A stretch of DNA of 64,000 nucleotides from Patescibacteria group bacterium (GCA_018897195.1 JAHILH010000001.1:28565-92564); one strand, 5' to 3'. Shown: positions 46,987 through 56,100, counted from the first letter of the stretch. Notes: generated by a model not told the origin, from the letters alone. Numbers and translations are program-made.

Positions 46987-48246
46987 TTAGTCTACGCGCT
47001 CAATTTTGGCGCCTAACGCTCTTAAGCGAGCGTCTATATTTTCATAACCGCGATCAATTTGATAAATATTATCAATCTCGGTTTTGCCTTTTGCAATAAG
47101 ACCTGCGATAACTAGGGTGATGCCGGCACGAAGGTCAGGGCTGGTCATTTTTTTGCCATAAAGTTGGGTTGGGCCGTTGACTACGACTCGATGTGGATCA
47201 CACATGATAATGTTGGCGCCCATCTGGGAAAGTAAATCAACAAAGAGAAGGCGACGGTCGTAGATAGTTTCATGAACCATGGATGAGCCTTGAGCCTGCG
47301 TCATTAATAATGTGAAAGGGGACTGTAAGTCGGTTGGGAAGCCAGGATATTCGTGAGTTTTTATATTGTAAGGTTTGAAATTTTTACTTGGCAACATTTT
47401 GATGTAGTCAGTGCCAACTTCGAAGTTGATACCGATTTTTTTGAAAATGTTTAAAAGTATTTCAACATGTTCTGGATTACATTTATTAATAGTAAGTTCA
47501 GAATTAGTTACAGCGGCCATGACGGCGAAGGAGCCGGTTTCAATACGATCAGGAATAACGGTGAAAGTGCCAGCGCCGATTTTTTCAACGCCAGTGATGG
47601 TCATGTTTGGTGTGCCTGCGCCTTCAATCTTGGCGCCGCATTCATTGAGATAATCAGCTAAGGCCTTGATTTCCGGTTCCATGGCGCAATTTTTCAAAAC
47701 AGTCACGCCGTCAGCAAGGACAGCGGTCATCATAATCTCCTCGGTGCCGGTTACACTGACAACGTTGAAAAAATATTCACAACCCTTTAAGCCTTTGGTT
47801 TTTAATTCGTAATAATTTTCCGTTTCGTCGATTTCAACGCCAAGCGCCTTGAAGCCGTCAACAAAAATATCAATTGGTCGTCCGCCAGCACCAATAACGC
47901 AGCCACCTGGGTGTGGAAATTTTACCTCGTTGAAGCGTGCCAACAAGGGACCGACAAACATAATCGAAGCGCGGAACTTATTAGCAAAAAGGGGATTGAG
48001 CTCAAATTTATTGATATCTTTGGTCTCAATTTCAACAACATCACCATTTCGAGTAATTTTCGCCCCCAAATCCTCCAAAAGACTCAAAGACATCTTTATA
48101 TCCTCAATATCGGGTAAATTTTTGATGGTTATTTTCTCACTAGATAAAATGGTAGCTGGAATAATCTTTAAAGCCGCATTTTTGGCCCCTTTAACATCAA
48201 TACTGCCACTCAACTTGTGACCGCCTTGGATTATGAATTTTGACAT
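46987..48246 (-). CDS. murA: UDP-N-acetylglucosamine 1-carboxyvinyltransferase
   Basis: KFIIQGGHKLSGSIDVKGAKNAALKI; active-site PGGCVIGAGGRPID; 419 aa. Confidence 0.95.
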   Translation of the reverse strand: MSKFIIQGGHKLSGSIDVKGAKNAALKIIPATILSSEKITIKNLPDIEDIKMSLSLLEDLGAKITRNGDVVEIETKDINKFELNPLFANKFRASIMFVGPLLARFNEVKFPHPGGCVIGAGGRPIDIFVDGFKALGVEIDETENYYELKTKGLKGCEYFFNVVSVTGTEEIMMTAVLADGVTVLKNCAMEPEIKALADYLNECGAKIEGAGTPNMTITGVEKIGAGTFTVIPDRIETGSFAVMAAVTNSELTINKCNPEHVEILLNIFKKIGINFEVGTDYIKMLPSKNFKPYNIKTHEYPGFPTDLQSPFTLLMTQAQGSSMVHETIYDRRLLFVDLLSQMGANIIMCDPHRVVVNGPTQLYGKKMTSPDLRAGITLVIAGLIAKGKTEIDNIYQIDRGYENIDARLRALGAKIERVD

Positions 48247-48447
48247 AATATACTTATTTATTTTAATTATTTCTTCGCCAGACGTAACTTTAGCGAAGGA
48301 GGGTTTATTTGTATAATTAGTATAGCTTATTGGTATTATTTTTCAAGTTTTAGGGTAACTTGTCATAGTTGTTCTCTTTGTGCTAAAATAAACACATCTA
48401 ATTTACATAATTCTGTTAGCTTGAAAAATGGCTAATTTTTTAATAAA

Positions 48448-49815
48448 ATGACTGAAGAAAAAGACTTGAAAAGGCATGATAGGTTTATTTTTGCGATCAA
48501 ATTTATCGGTTCAATAGTATTATTGTTAATTACTTTTGAATTGGGGGTTTATTTTGCTGGCAAAAAGGAGTTGATGGGTGATTTTGCTAAGATTCAGGCT
48601 GTTTATGCTGGGAAATTACTAGGTCAATATAGTGAGCCAACGACCGGTGTTTTGACGCAGGATGTTGATTTTAAGCTATTTTGGGAGGTGTGGGATTCTT
48701 TGCACGTAAATTATGTTGACCAGGACAAGATTACTGATAAGACTTTGTTTTATGGCGCTTTAAAGGGAATGGTTGCAGCCGTGGGTGATCCTTACACTGT
48801 GTTTATGGATCCAAAAGTTTCTAAGGAATTTAGTGATGACTTAGCTGGAACTTTTGAAGGAATTGGCGCTGAGATTGGCATTAAAGATGATATTTTAACA
48901 GTGGTTGCACCTTTGCCGGATATGCCAGCAGAGAAAGCGGGCTTGAAGGCTGGGGACAAGATTTTGTTTATTAACAAGGAGTCAACGGCGGGGATGTCTA
49001 TTGATATGGCGGTGAGCAAGATTCGTGGAGCCAAGGATACGGAAGTAACATTAACAATCGGTCGGATTGGTCAAGCGGGTGTGAAGGATTATGTGATTAA
49101 ACGTGGCAAGATTGTGGTCAAGAGCGTGCGCACAGAAATGCGTAAGGATGGTATTTATGTAATAAAGGTTAGTAGCTTTAATAATGATACTGATGATTTG
49201 TTCAACAAAGCAGTTGCCGACGTTATTCAAAAAAATCCAAGAGGTATTATTTTGGATTTACGTAATAACCCAGGCGGTTATTTGGAGACAGCGATTGATA
49301 TGGCGAGCAAGTGGGTAGATAAGGGTGTGATTGTGTCGGAGAAGTTTTCTGATTCCAAAAAGAATGATCACATGTCTCGTGGACGAGCGCTTTTGAAGGG
49401 TTACAAGACAGTTGTTTTGGTGAACGAGGGTAGTGCTTCTGCGTCAGAGATTGTGTCTGGGGCATTGCAAGATTATGGCAAGGCAACACTTTTGGGCGCT
49501 AAGACGTTTGGTAAGGGATCGGTGCAGACCTTGAATGAGCTAAAAGACGGTTCGTCAATTAAGATTACGATTGCAAAGTGGTTAACGCCAAAAGGACGCA
49601 GTATTAATGAGCTTGGTATCGAACCTGATCGAAATATTAATTTTACGGTTGAAGATTTTAATGAGGGTAAGGATCCGCAACTTGATCGTGCTTTGGATAT
49701 TTTGAACGGAGTAGAATTTAAGGATGATGCGACCTCGACACCAGCCGTGCTTACGCCAGCACAAGCAACAACCACGCCGAAGGCAGCACCAGTAAAGGCA
49801 CCAGTTAAGAAATAA
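48448..49815 (+). CDS. S41 family C-terminal processing peptidase with PDZ domain
   Basis: N-terminal TM; PDZ PAEKAGLKAGDKILFIN; catalytic GSASASEI and TFGKGSVQ. Confidence 0.85.
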   Translation: MTEEKDLKRHDRFIFAIKFIGSIVLLLITFELGVYFAGKKELMGDFAKIQAVYAGKLLGQYSEPTTGVLTQDVDFKLFWEVWDSLHVNYVDQDKITDKTLFYGALKGMVAAVGDPYTVFMDPKVSKEFSDDLAGTFEGIGAEIGIKDDILTVVAPLPDMPAEKAGLKAGDKILFINKESTAGMSIDMAVSKIRGAKDTEVTLTIGRIGQAGVKDYVIKRGKIVVKSVRTEMRKDGIYVIKVSSFNNDTDDLFNKAVADVIQKNPRGIILDLRNNPGGYLETAIDMASKWVDKGVIVSEKFSDSKKNDHMSRGRALLKGYKTVVLVNEGSASASEIVSGALQDYGKATLLGAKTFGKGSVQTLNELKDGSSIKITIAKWLTPKGRSINELGIEPDRNINFTVEDFNEGKDPQLDRALDILNGVEFKDDATSTPAVLTPAQATTTPKAAPVKAPVKK

Positions 49816-49872
49816 TAATTTAATTAATAAATACCCGCCGTCACTAAGGCTATGGCGTGGCAAGTAAAAACT

Positions 49873-50091
49873 ATGAAAGTAATATTCGTAAAAGAATTGC
49901 AAAAAGTTGCAAAAAAAGGAGAAATTAAAGAAATGGCTGATGGTTATGCTGTGAATTTTTTGATTCCACAAGGCTTTGCCAAGATTTATAACAAGCAAAC
50001 TATCAATGAGATGAGCTCGAAGGTTGAGGCAAAAAAGAAAGCGCCAGTTGCTAAGAAAAAAAGAGAAAGCAAAAGCAAGAAAAAGAAATAA
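49873..50091 (+). CDS. rplI: 50S ribosomal protein L9, N-terminal domain only plus Lys-rich tail
   Basis: [36 protein letters not shown] matches L9 N-domain; ends after 72 aa with [19 protein letters not shown]. Confidence 0.7.
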   Translation: MKVIFVKELQKVAKKGEIKEMADGYAVNFLIPQGFAKIYNKQTINEMSSKVEAKKKAPVAKKKRESKSKKKK

Positions 50092-50101
50092 GATTTCTTT
50101 C

Positions 50102-50287
50102 GTCATTCCCGTCCCCAGTCAAGCTGAGGATAAACCTCCGGCGGGAATCCAGGCTCCACCACGAGGGCGTGTTTAATTATAGAAATCTATATAAAAGAAG
50201 ATTAAATTTAATATTTTATTAAAAATTTTTTAATATATCTAAAATCGTTATTCGAGGTACCTGGATCCCCGCCTTCGCGGGGATGAC
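50102..50287. mobile_element. family C repeat (C5) with 28-nt insertion in left hairpin loop, between rplI and pyrG
   Basis: GTCATTCCCG[TCCCCAGTCAAGCTGAGGATAAACCTCC]GGCGGGAATCCAGG ... CCTGGATCCCCGCCTTCGCGGGGATGAC. Confidence 0.9.
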
Positions 50288-50309
50288 GTGCAATTTCGAT
50301 ATTTTTTTT

Positions 50310-51980
50310 ATGCCAAACAAAAAACAAGCCAAAAAACAAGTTAAGAAAAACACAAAATATATTTTTGTGGTCGGTGGTGTAATGAGCGGTGTTGGCAAGG
50401 GGGTTACCACGGCTTCAATTGGTGCAATTTTGCAATCCCGCGGTTATAAGGTGAGCGCTATCAAGGCTGATCCTTATATCAATGTTGATGCGGGAACAAT
50501 GAACCCGATTGAACATGGCGAAGTTTTTGTGACCGAGGATGGTGATGAAACCGACCAAGATATTGGAAATTACGAAAGATTTTTAAATACAAATATTTAC
50601 CGAGAAAATTACATGACCACTGGTCGTGTCTACCAGACGGTTATTCAGAAAGAAAGAAATTTAGAATATAAAGGCAAGTGCGTGCAAGTCGTGCCACACG
50701 TGCCAATGGAAATTAGAGATCGTATTCGCAAGGCTGTCGATAAGACTGGTGCGGATATTATGGTGATTGAGATTGGTGGCACAGTGGGCGAGTATGAAAA
50801 TTTATTATTCCTTGAAGCGGCGCGTTTTATGCACTTTGAGGAGCCGGAAAATGTCCAGTTTGTGATTGTGTCTTATTTGCCTATCCCGGCGAAAGTGGGC
50901 GAGATGAAGACAAAGCCAACACAACACGCAGTGCGTAGTTTGAACGCGGCTGGTATTCAACCGGATTTTATCGTGGCGCGTTCACGCGTACATATCGATG
51001 AGCCACGTCGCAAGAAAATTGCGATTCATTGCAATGTACAGCCAAAGAATGTTATTTCAGCGCCAGATGTTGAGTCAATTTACGATGTGCCAGTGAATTT
51101 TGAAAATGATGGCTTGGGTGATATGATTTTGAAGAATTTTAATTTGAAATCAAAGAAAAAAGATTTGAAAAAATGGGCTGAAATGGTGAAGAAAAGCAAG
51201 GCGGCGAAGAAAGAAGTATATATCGGCATTGTGGGTAAATATTTCGCGACGGGCGACTTCTCTTTGTCTGATTCATACATTTCTGTAATCGAAGCTATTA
51301 AGCATGCTTGTACGGCTAATAACGTGAAACCAAAATTGGATTGGATTAGTGCGGAAGATATTGAAAAACAAGGCACTAAGAGTTTGAAAAAATACGACGG
51401 CATTATCGTTCCGCAAGGTTGGGGCGGTCGTGGCAGTGAAGGCAAAATGAAGGCGATTGAGTTCTGTCGTGTGAACAAAAAGCCATACTTCGGACTTTGT
51501 TACGGCATGCAAATGGCGGTAATCGAATTCGCCCGCAATGCTTGCAAAATGAAAGACGCGAACACCGAAGAGGCAAATCCAAAAACACCATATCCAGTAA
51601 TTCACATCATGCCAGAACAAAAAGAATTATTAGCCAAGAAACAATACGGTGGCACTATCCGCCTTGGCGGTTGGCCATGTAAGATTACACCGGGCACTCA
51701 CTTGGCTAAGGCTTATGCCAAGAAATTTGGCAAAACCAATATCATTAGCGAACGTCATCGTCATCGTTATGAATTCAATAACGAATACCGCGAAACTCTA
51801 GAAAAGAACGGCCTAACCATCGCCGGCACTTCGCCAGATGGCAAGATTGTCGAAGCCATCGAAATCACCAATCACCCATTCTTTATTGGCACTCAATTCC
51901 ATCCAGAATATATTTCCAGACCACTAGATCCACACCCTTTGTTTGTGGAGTTTGTGAGAGTTTGTCGGGATAAGAAATAA
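50310..51980 (+). CDS. pyrG: CTP synthase
   Basis: KYIFVVGGVMSGVGKG; GLCYGMQ glutaminase Cys; FIGTQFHPE; track start 50283 lies inside repeat C5. Confidence 0.95.
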   Translation: MPNKKQAKKQVKKNTKYIFVVGGVMSGVGKGVTTASIGAILQSRGYKVSAIKADPYINVDAGTMNPIEHGEVFVTEDGDETDQDIGNYERFLNTNIYRENYMTTGRVYQTVIQKERNLEYKGKCVQVVPHVPMEIRDRIRKAVDKTGADIMVIEIGGTVGEYENLLFLEAARFMHFEEPENVQFVIVSYLPIPAKVGEMKTKPTQHAVRSLNAAGIQPDFIVARSRVHIDEPRRKKIAIHCNVQPKNVISAPDVESIYDVPVNFENDGLGDMILKNFNLKSKKKDLKKWAEMVKKSKAAKKEVYIGIVGKYFATGDFSLSDSYISVIEAIKHACTANNVKPKLDWISAEDIEKQGTKSLKKYDGIIVPQGWGGRGSEGKMKAIEFCRVNKKPYFGLCYGMQMAVIEFARNACKMKDANTEEANPKTPYPVIHIMPEQKELLAKKQYGGTIRLGGWPCKITPGTHLAKAYAKKFGKTNIISERHRHRYEFNNEYRETLEKNGLTIAGTSPDGKIVEAIEITNHPFFIGTQFHPEYISRPLDPHPLFVEFVRVCRDKK

Positions 51981-51998
51981 ATAATGAGTAATAGTAAT

Positions 51999-52052
51999 CT
52001 CCCTCGCCCCGGCGGGAGAGGGTCGGGGTGAGGGGGCGTCGAAGAGTGTTTT
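51999..52052. mobile_element. family A repeat, left end plus adjacent conserved segment (A11)
   Basis: CTCCCTCGCCCCGGCGGGAGAGGGTCGGGGTGAGGGGGCGTCGAAGAGTGTTTTG, 19 nt after pyrG stop. Confidence 0.85.
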
Positions 52053-52215
52053 GAAATAAAATAATATACTCGGCACTAAACTCGTCAGAGTCCTCACGGA
52101 GAGACTCTGACGGAACCAAAAGATCAAATAACAATTAATTTATTAATAGCTATTTTCAGTTTTATATTGGGCAAATACTTGAAATAAAATTATTAACACA
52201 AAAGATGGGTGTCGG

Positions 52216-52488
52216 CCTCCCTCTCCTCTGTAGGAGAGGGTCGGGGTGAGGTAGAGCGTGCGAAGATAATTTTATGGAAAAATTATATAATTAACCACAA
52301 CAAAAAAATATTCGTAAAATTTTAAGACGGCAACCAAATACTTGCGAACTAATATTGTGGGAAAGAATTAGGGATAGACAATTGGATAATTTTAAATTTA
52401 AAAGACAATGCAGTATCGGTAAATATGAGGAGGCGAAATTAAGTAATGCTCCCTCACCCCGACCCTCTCCCGGCGGGGCGAGGGAGAG
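52216..52488. mobile_element. family A long copy with inverted ends (A12/A13) enclosing DUF559 gene remnant
   Basis: Left CCTCCCTCTCCTCTGTAGGAGAGGGTCGGGGTGAGG; right CCTCACCCCGACCCTCTCCCGGCGGGGCGAGGGAG (reverse complement of the left-end type). Confidence 0.75.
52295..52426 (+). pseudogene. remnant of DUF559 (Vsr-like endonuclease domain) gene, N-terminal ~44 codons only
   Basis: In-frame IRKILRRQPNTCELILWERIRDRQLDNFKFKRQCSIGKY resembles DUF559 N-terminal region (xRxLRxxxTxxExxLWxxLRxRQxxxxKFRRQxxIGxY); similarity ends 22 bp before repeat end A13. Confidence 0.6.
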
Positions 52489-52574
52489 TGCATTGGCAAA
52501 CTTCTTATTATATTTATTCAAAACCGTATATTATACACATGAACCGAATATAGCATAATAGATGTAAAAAATAT

Positions 52575-52742
52575 ATGAACGTACAGCTGATTAAGACTAA
52601 AAAGGATTATCACGATACCCTATGTAGAATTGAGGGATTATGGAGTGCCAAACTAGGAACTAATAAGGGCGATGAATTGGACGTGTTGACCACTTTGGTT
52701 GAAAAATATGAAGAAGATAATTTAAAAATTTTAGTGAATTAA
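52575..52742 (+). pseudogene. HigA/XRE-antitoxin-like N-terminal fragment (55 codons, no HTH part)
   Basis: MNVQLIKTKKDYHDTLCRIEGLWSAKLGTNKGDELDVLTTLVEKYEED resembles the N-terminal helical region of HigA-type antitoxins; stop comes before where the HTH should start. Confidence 0.4.
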
Positions 52743-52764
52743 ATAAATTTTACGAGATATAACA

Positions 52765-52800
52765 AAAGAGCTCCGCGCAAACCGCAGAGCTCTTTTTATT
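52765..52800. terminator. bidirectional terminator
   Basis: AGAGCTCCGCG/CGCAGAGCTCT stem, AAAA upstream, TTTTTATTTTT downstream. Confidence 0.75.
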
Positions 52801-52814
52801 TTTGATATTTATAT

Positions 52815-53504
52815 TTATTTCACTAATAAAGTAAAATTATAATTCGACACCCCCAATCCAAATTTCTTAATCAAATTGCTCATATCATCCTGCGTATTCA
52901 CCCAATATTTCTTCTCATCGACTGGATTCATATACCAGGCTTCGCCGTCGCGGTCGACTTGGAGGAAGATGCGACCTTTTAGATTTGCTGGCATCGTTAA
53001 TTTTTTACCATTGCCAACGGTTGGATCGTAGTTATTATCGATTTCGGTTTTGTCGCTGTAACGGTCGCCGTCGGTGTTGAAAGTGCCGGGGTTGGTACCG
53101 ATGAGAGATTCGAAATTGTCTGGTAGACCGTCGCGGTCAGTATCGTAGCCGGTAAGTTTACCGTAGCCAGTGGAAACTTTTTGGAGGGTGGCGCTGTTAG
53201 TGCCAGTACCTAGACCTTGCATTACGCGCAGGGCTTGAGAATTGTCGCCGAGGTAATAAACTTTTTTCTCAGTGGCGGAAACGTAATAAGCTTCGCCGTG
53301 GCCTTGGGGGGTGACGATGATACGACCCTTGAGGCGGTTGTAGAAATTGTTATTCTTTATTGGTAAATAACTGCCAGCAACGTCATTACTGTATCCACTT
53401 GTTGGACAGAAACAACTACAGTCACCAACTGGATAGCTGTAAGCACTGACGGGGAAGGCAAAGAGGCTGGCAAAGAGCAAGCCGAGGATTTTGATCTTTT
53501 TCAT
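52815..53504 (-). CDS. secreted protein: two ~50-aa modules flanking thrombospondin-type-3-like Ca-binding repeats
   Basis: Start at ATG 53504 (MKKIKILGLLFASLFAFPVSA); GRIIVTPQGHGEAYYV and GRIFLQVDRDGEAWYMNP modules; DTDRDGLPDNFE...NTDGDRYSDKTE. Confidence 0.65.
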   Translation of the reverse strand: MKKIKILGLLFASLFAFPVSAYSYPVGDCSCFCPTSGYSNDVAGSYLPIKNNNFYNRLKGRIIVTPQGHGEAYYVSATEKKVYYLGDNSQALRVMQGLGTGTNSATLQKVSTGYGKLTGYDTDRDGLPDNFESLIGTNPGTFNTDGDRYSDKTEIDNNYDPTVGNGKKLTMPANLKGRIFLQVDRDGEAWYMNPVDEKKYWVNTQDDMSNLIKKFGLGVSNYNFTLLVK

Positions 53505-53550
53505 ACTTTTTAAGGTTAATGAATTAAGTACTCGCACTTTACGCTCAAAT

Positions 53551-54912
53551 TTATTGTTTGTCAATTATTTTTTCAATTCTATTTTTGGTATTTTTAAAGT
53601 GATTCATGCCCATTAGGCCACCAATGAGTGACCAAAGTGTCCATTGTAGAGCGGTGTTGCGGATAATGTTGTCGGCAAAGCTCATTGTTATTAATGCAAA
53701 GAACAAGGCGAACACAGTCAGATTCACTGTTTTTAGTTTTAGCTGTTCAGTTTTGAAATAGTCTTTGATTAAATAGAATAAAGTAGAAATGATTAAAATG
53801 AGATAGCTAGCTAATCCCAACAGACCATTTTCGATTGAGATTTTTAGATAGTCATTATGCGGATCAGATGAGCCCATTCGTTCGCCTCTTTTCTCTAGGA
53901 TAATTTTATTAGCTGTGCCTACGCCGTAGCCAATGACAGGTTTGTCTTTGATGTAGCTTAGCGCATCGCGCCAAAGAGTTTGCCGCCATTCAATAGAGTT
54001 GCCTTTTTTGGCATTGTGTAGGTCATTGATTCTAGAATGTATCGGTGGAATGAATAGATATGATAGGAAGAAAATGATGAAAGCGGTTAAAAGTAAAATC
54101 CGATATTGTATGATGCCGATAATAAGAACAATTATTATGAAGGCGAGCCAAGCGCCACGGGTAAATGTTAGTCCTAGAAGTAGGATGAAGAAAAGGGACA
54201 AAGATAAGATTAAAATATTAACAATCTTTTCTTTTTTGCCGATTAGGAATATTAAAATAGATAAAGTAATCGGGATGATTAGGTAATAAGCGAATAGATT
54301 GGGATGCGAGAATGTGCCATAGATGCGATTATATATATTTTCCAAAGGAACGCTAAGGCCGGTGTTGGTAAAATATTGATAGATGGCTAAAGAGCCAGGG
54401 ATAACGGCAGAAAATATAATAATCTTTACTAATAGGACAAAGTCTTTGTTTTTTTTGATGAGATAAAAAGAACTAAGGTAAATAAGGAAAATACTAAGCA
54501 GTCTGGCAAGTTCTTTTAAGCTGATAATTTTATCAAAAGAAAAAATCAGTGACACGAGACTGATTCCCAAAAAAAGAAGCCAAACAGTAAAAAGTGGCGG
54601 TCTTTGGGCTTTATTTTTGTATATCAAAATTATAGCTAATATTATGCTAATAGAGCCGATAACCGAGGTTATGTTGAGGGGTATTTTGGTGAAAGAAATG
54701 ACCTGTTCGCTAGTAAAAATGTCCAAACAGGGCCTAAAGAGGATTATTAGGAATAAGCCGATTTTTTGGTTAATGAAGGTGAAAATTAGAATATAGTAGA
54801 CTAGAATCAAGGACAGCAAAAAAACCGCCTCCATTTGTATGAAATTAATGGCTAATATTAAAAATAAATTAGCAATAAGGAATATTTTTAGTTGCGTAGT
54901 TCGATTTGACAT
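53551..54912 (-). CDS. O-antigen ligase/polymerase-like (Wzy_C) integral membrane protein
   Basis: ~12 TM; loop TRGAWLAFIIIV...; periplasmic loop with SDPHNDYLKISIENG typical of O-antigen ligase family. Confidence 0.75.
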   Translation of the reverse strand: MSNRTTQLKIFLIANLFLILAINFIQMEAVFLLSLILVYYILIFTFINQKIGLFLIILFRPCLDIFTSEQVISFTKIPLNITSVIGSISIILAIILIYKNKAQRPPLFTVWLLFLGISLVSLIFSFDKIISLKELARLLSIFLIYLSSFYLIKKNKDFVLLVKIIIFSAVIPGSLAIYQYFTNTGLSVPLENIYNRIYGTFSHPNLFAYYLIIPITLSILIFLIGKKEKIVNILILSLSLFFILLLGLTFTRGAWLAFIIIVLIIGIIQYRILLLTAFIIFFLSYLFIPPIHSRINDLHNAKKGNSIEWRQTLWRDALSYIKDKPVIGYGVGTANKIILEKRGERMGSSDPHNDYLKISIENGLLGLASYLILIISTLFYLIKDYFKTEQLKLKTVNLTVFALFFALITMSFADNIIRNTALQWTLWSLIGGLMGMNHFKNTKNRIEKIIDKQ

Positions 54913-54966
54913 CTTTGATTATTTATGCTAGATTGTAAGGTTAATAAAATAGCTTAGTATAAATGT

Positions 54967-55959
54967 ATGAAAAAGTCAATATTAAAGCCAGTTGATGCGG
55001 TTATCGCGATTACTTACCAATGTAATTCGCAGTGCATTATGTGCGGTATTTGGAAAAAGAAAGAAATGCCCGCAATGCAAGCGGAGGATTTTTTGGCATT
55101 GCCGAAAAGTCTGGTTGATTTGAATATTTCTGGTGGAGAGCCATTTTTGCGTGCCGATTTGCCGGATTTTGTGAGCAAAGCGAAGGAGTGTTGTTCTGAT
55201 GTGAATATTATTATTTCGACCAATGGTTTTGCGACTGCTTTAATTGTGACGCAAATGGAAAAGATCTTAAAGATTGATCCGGAGATTGGTGTAGCGGTTT
55301 CCATTGATGGACTGGAGGAGGTACATAATCAAGTGCGCCGAATTGAAAATGGTTTTAATAAGTCAATGGCGACGATTGCAGAATTGAAAAAAATGGGTGT
55401 AAAGAAAATTAAAATCGGTTTTACGATCGCAGATTACAACTATCAAGAATTACGGAAGGTTTATGAGTTGTCGCGCGAGCTGGGTGTCGAGTTGAGTTTG
55501 TCTTTGGTGCATTCGTCGGAGAATTTTTTTAGTCAGGAAAATAAGGTTGATAAGAAGAATGAAATAATCGAACAACTCGAATGGTTGATAGGTGAGGAGC
55601 TAAAAACCTGGAATCCGAAGAAATGGGCACGTGCTTATTATACTTATGGCATGATTCAATATATAAAGACAGGCAAAAGAATCTTGCCTGATTATTCTGG
55701 TCAGTCGAGTATTTTTATTGATCCGAATTGTGATGTTTATCCGAGCGATATTTCTAGTAATAAAATTGGGACAATCAAAAATAAATTCATCATCAGTGCG
55801 CCAGCAACGGTAACGGAGGGGTGGATGATTTGTACGGCGCGTCCAGCGATTAAAAAACATTGGGCAAGGGCGATTTTTTGGATATTGAGAAATAAATTTT
55901 ATTCATTCGTCATTCCCGCGAAGGCGGGAATCCAGGCGCCACAGATGATGGATGTATAA
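54967..55959 (+). CDS. radical SAM enzyme
   Basis: CNSQCIMC (CxxxCxxC) cluster motif, GGEPFL; last 16 codons and the stop codon lie inside repeat C6 (tail residues VIPAKAGIQAPQMMDV). Confidence 0.8.
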   Translation: MKKSILKPVDAVIAITYQCNSQCIMCGIWKKKEMPAMQAEDFLALPKSLVDLNISGGEPFLRADLPDFVSKAKECCSDVNIIISTNGFATALIVTQMEKILKIDPEIGVAVSIDGLEEVHNQVRRIENGFNKSMATIAELKKMGVKKIKIGFTIADYNYQELRKVYELSRELGVELSLSLVHSSENFFSQENKVDKKNEIIEQLEWLIGEELKTWNPKKWARAYYTYGMIQYIKTGKRILPDYSGQSSIFIDPNCDVYPSDISSNKIGTIKNKFIISAPATVTEGWMICTARPAIKKHWARAIFWILRNKFYSFVIPAKAGIQAPQMMDV

Positions 55960-56100
55960 TTATAGAGACAAATTTAATAAAAATATTAATCATAAATAAC
56001 ACTTCGTAAATTTTAATTCTCCTTATATTGAAAACAATCTACGAGGTACCTGGATCCCCGCCGGAGGTTTATCCTCAGCTTGACTGGGGACGGGGATGAC
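55909..56100. mobile_element. family C repeat (C6) with the same 28-nt insertion, reverse-complemented, in right hairpin loop
   Basis: GTCATTCCCGCGAAGGCGGGAATCCAGG ... CCTGGATCCCCGCC[GGAGGTTTATCCTCAGCTTGACTGGGGA]CGGGGATGAC. Confidence 0.9.
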
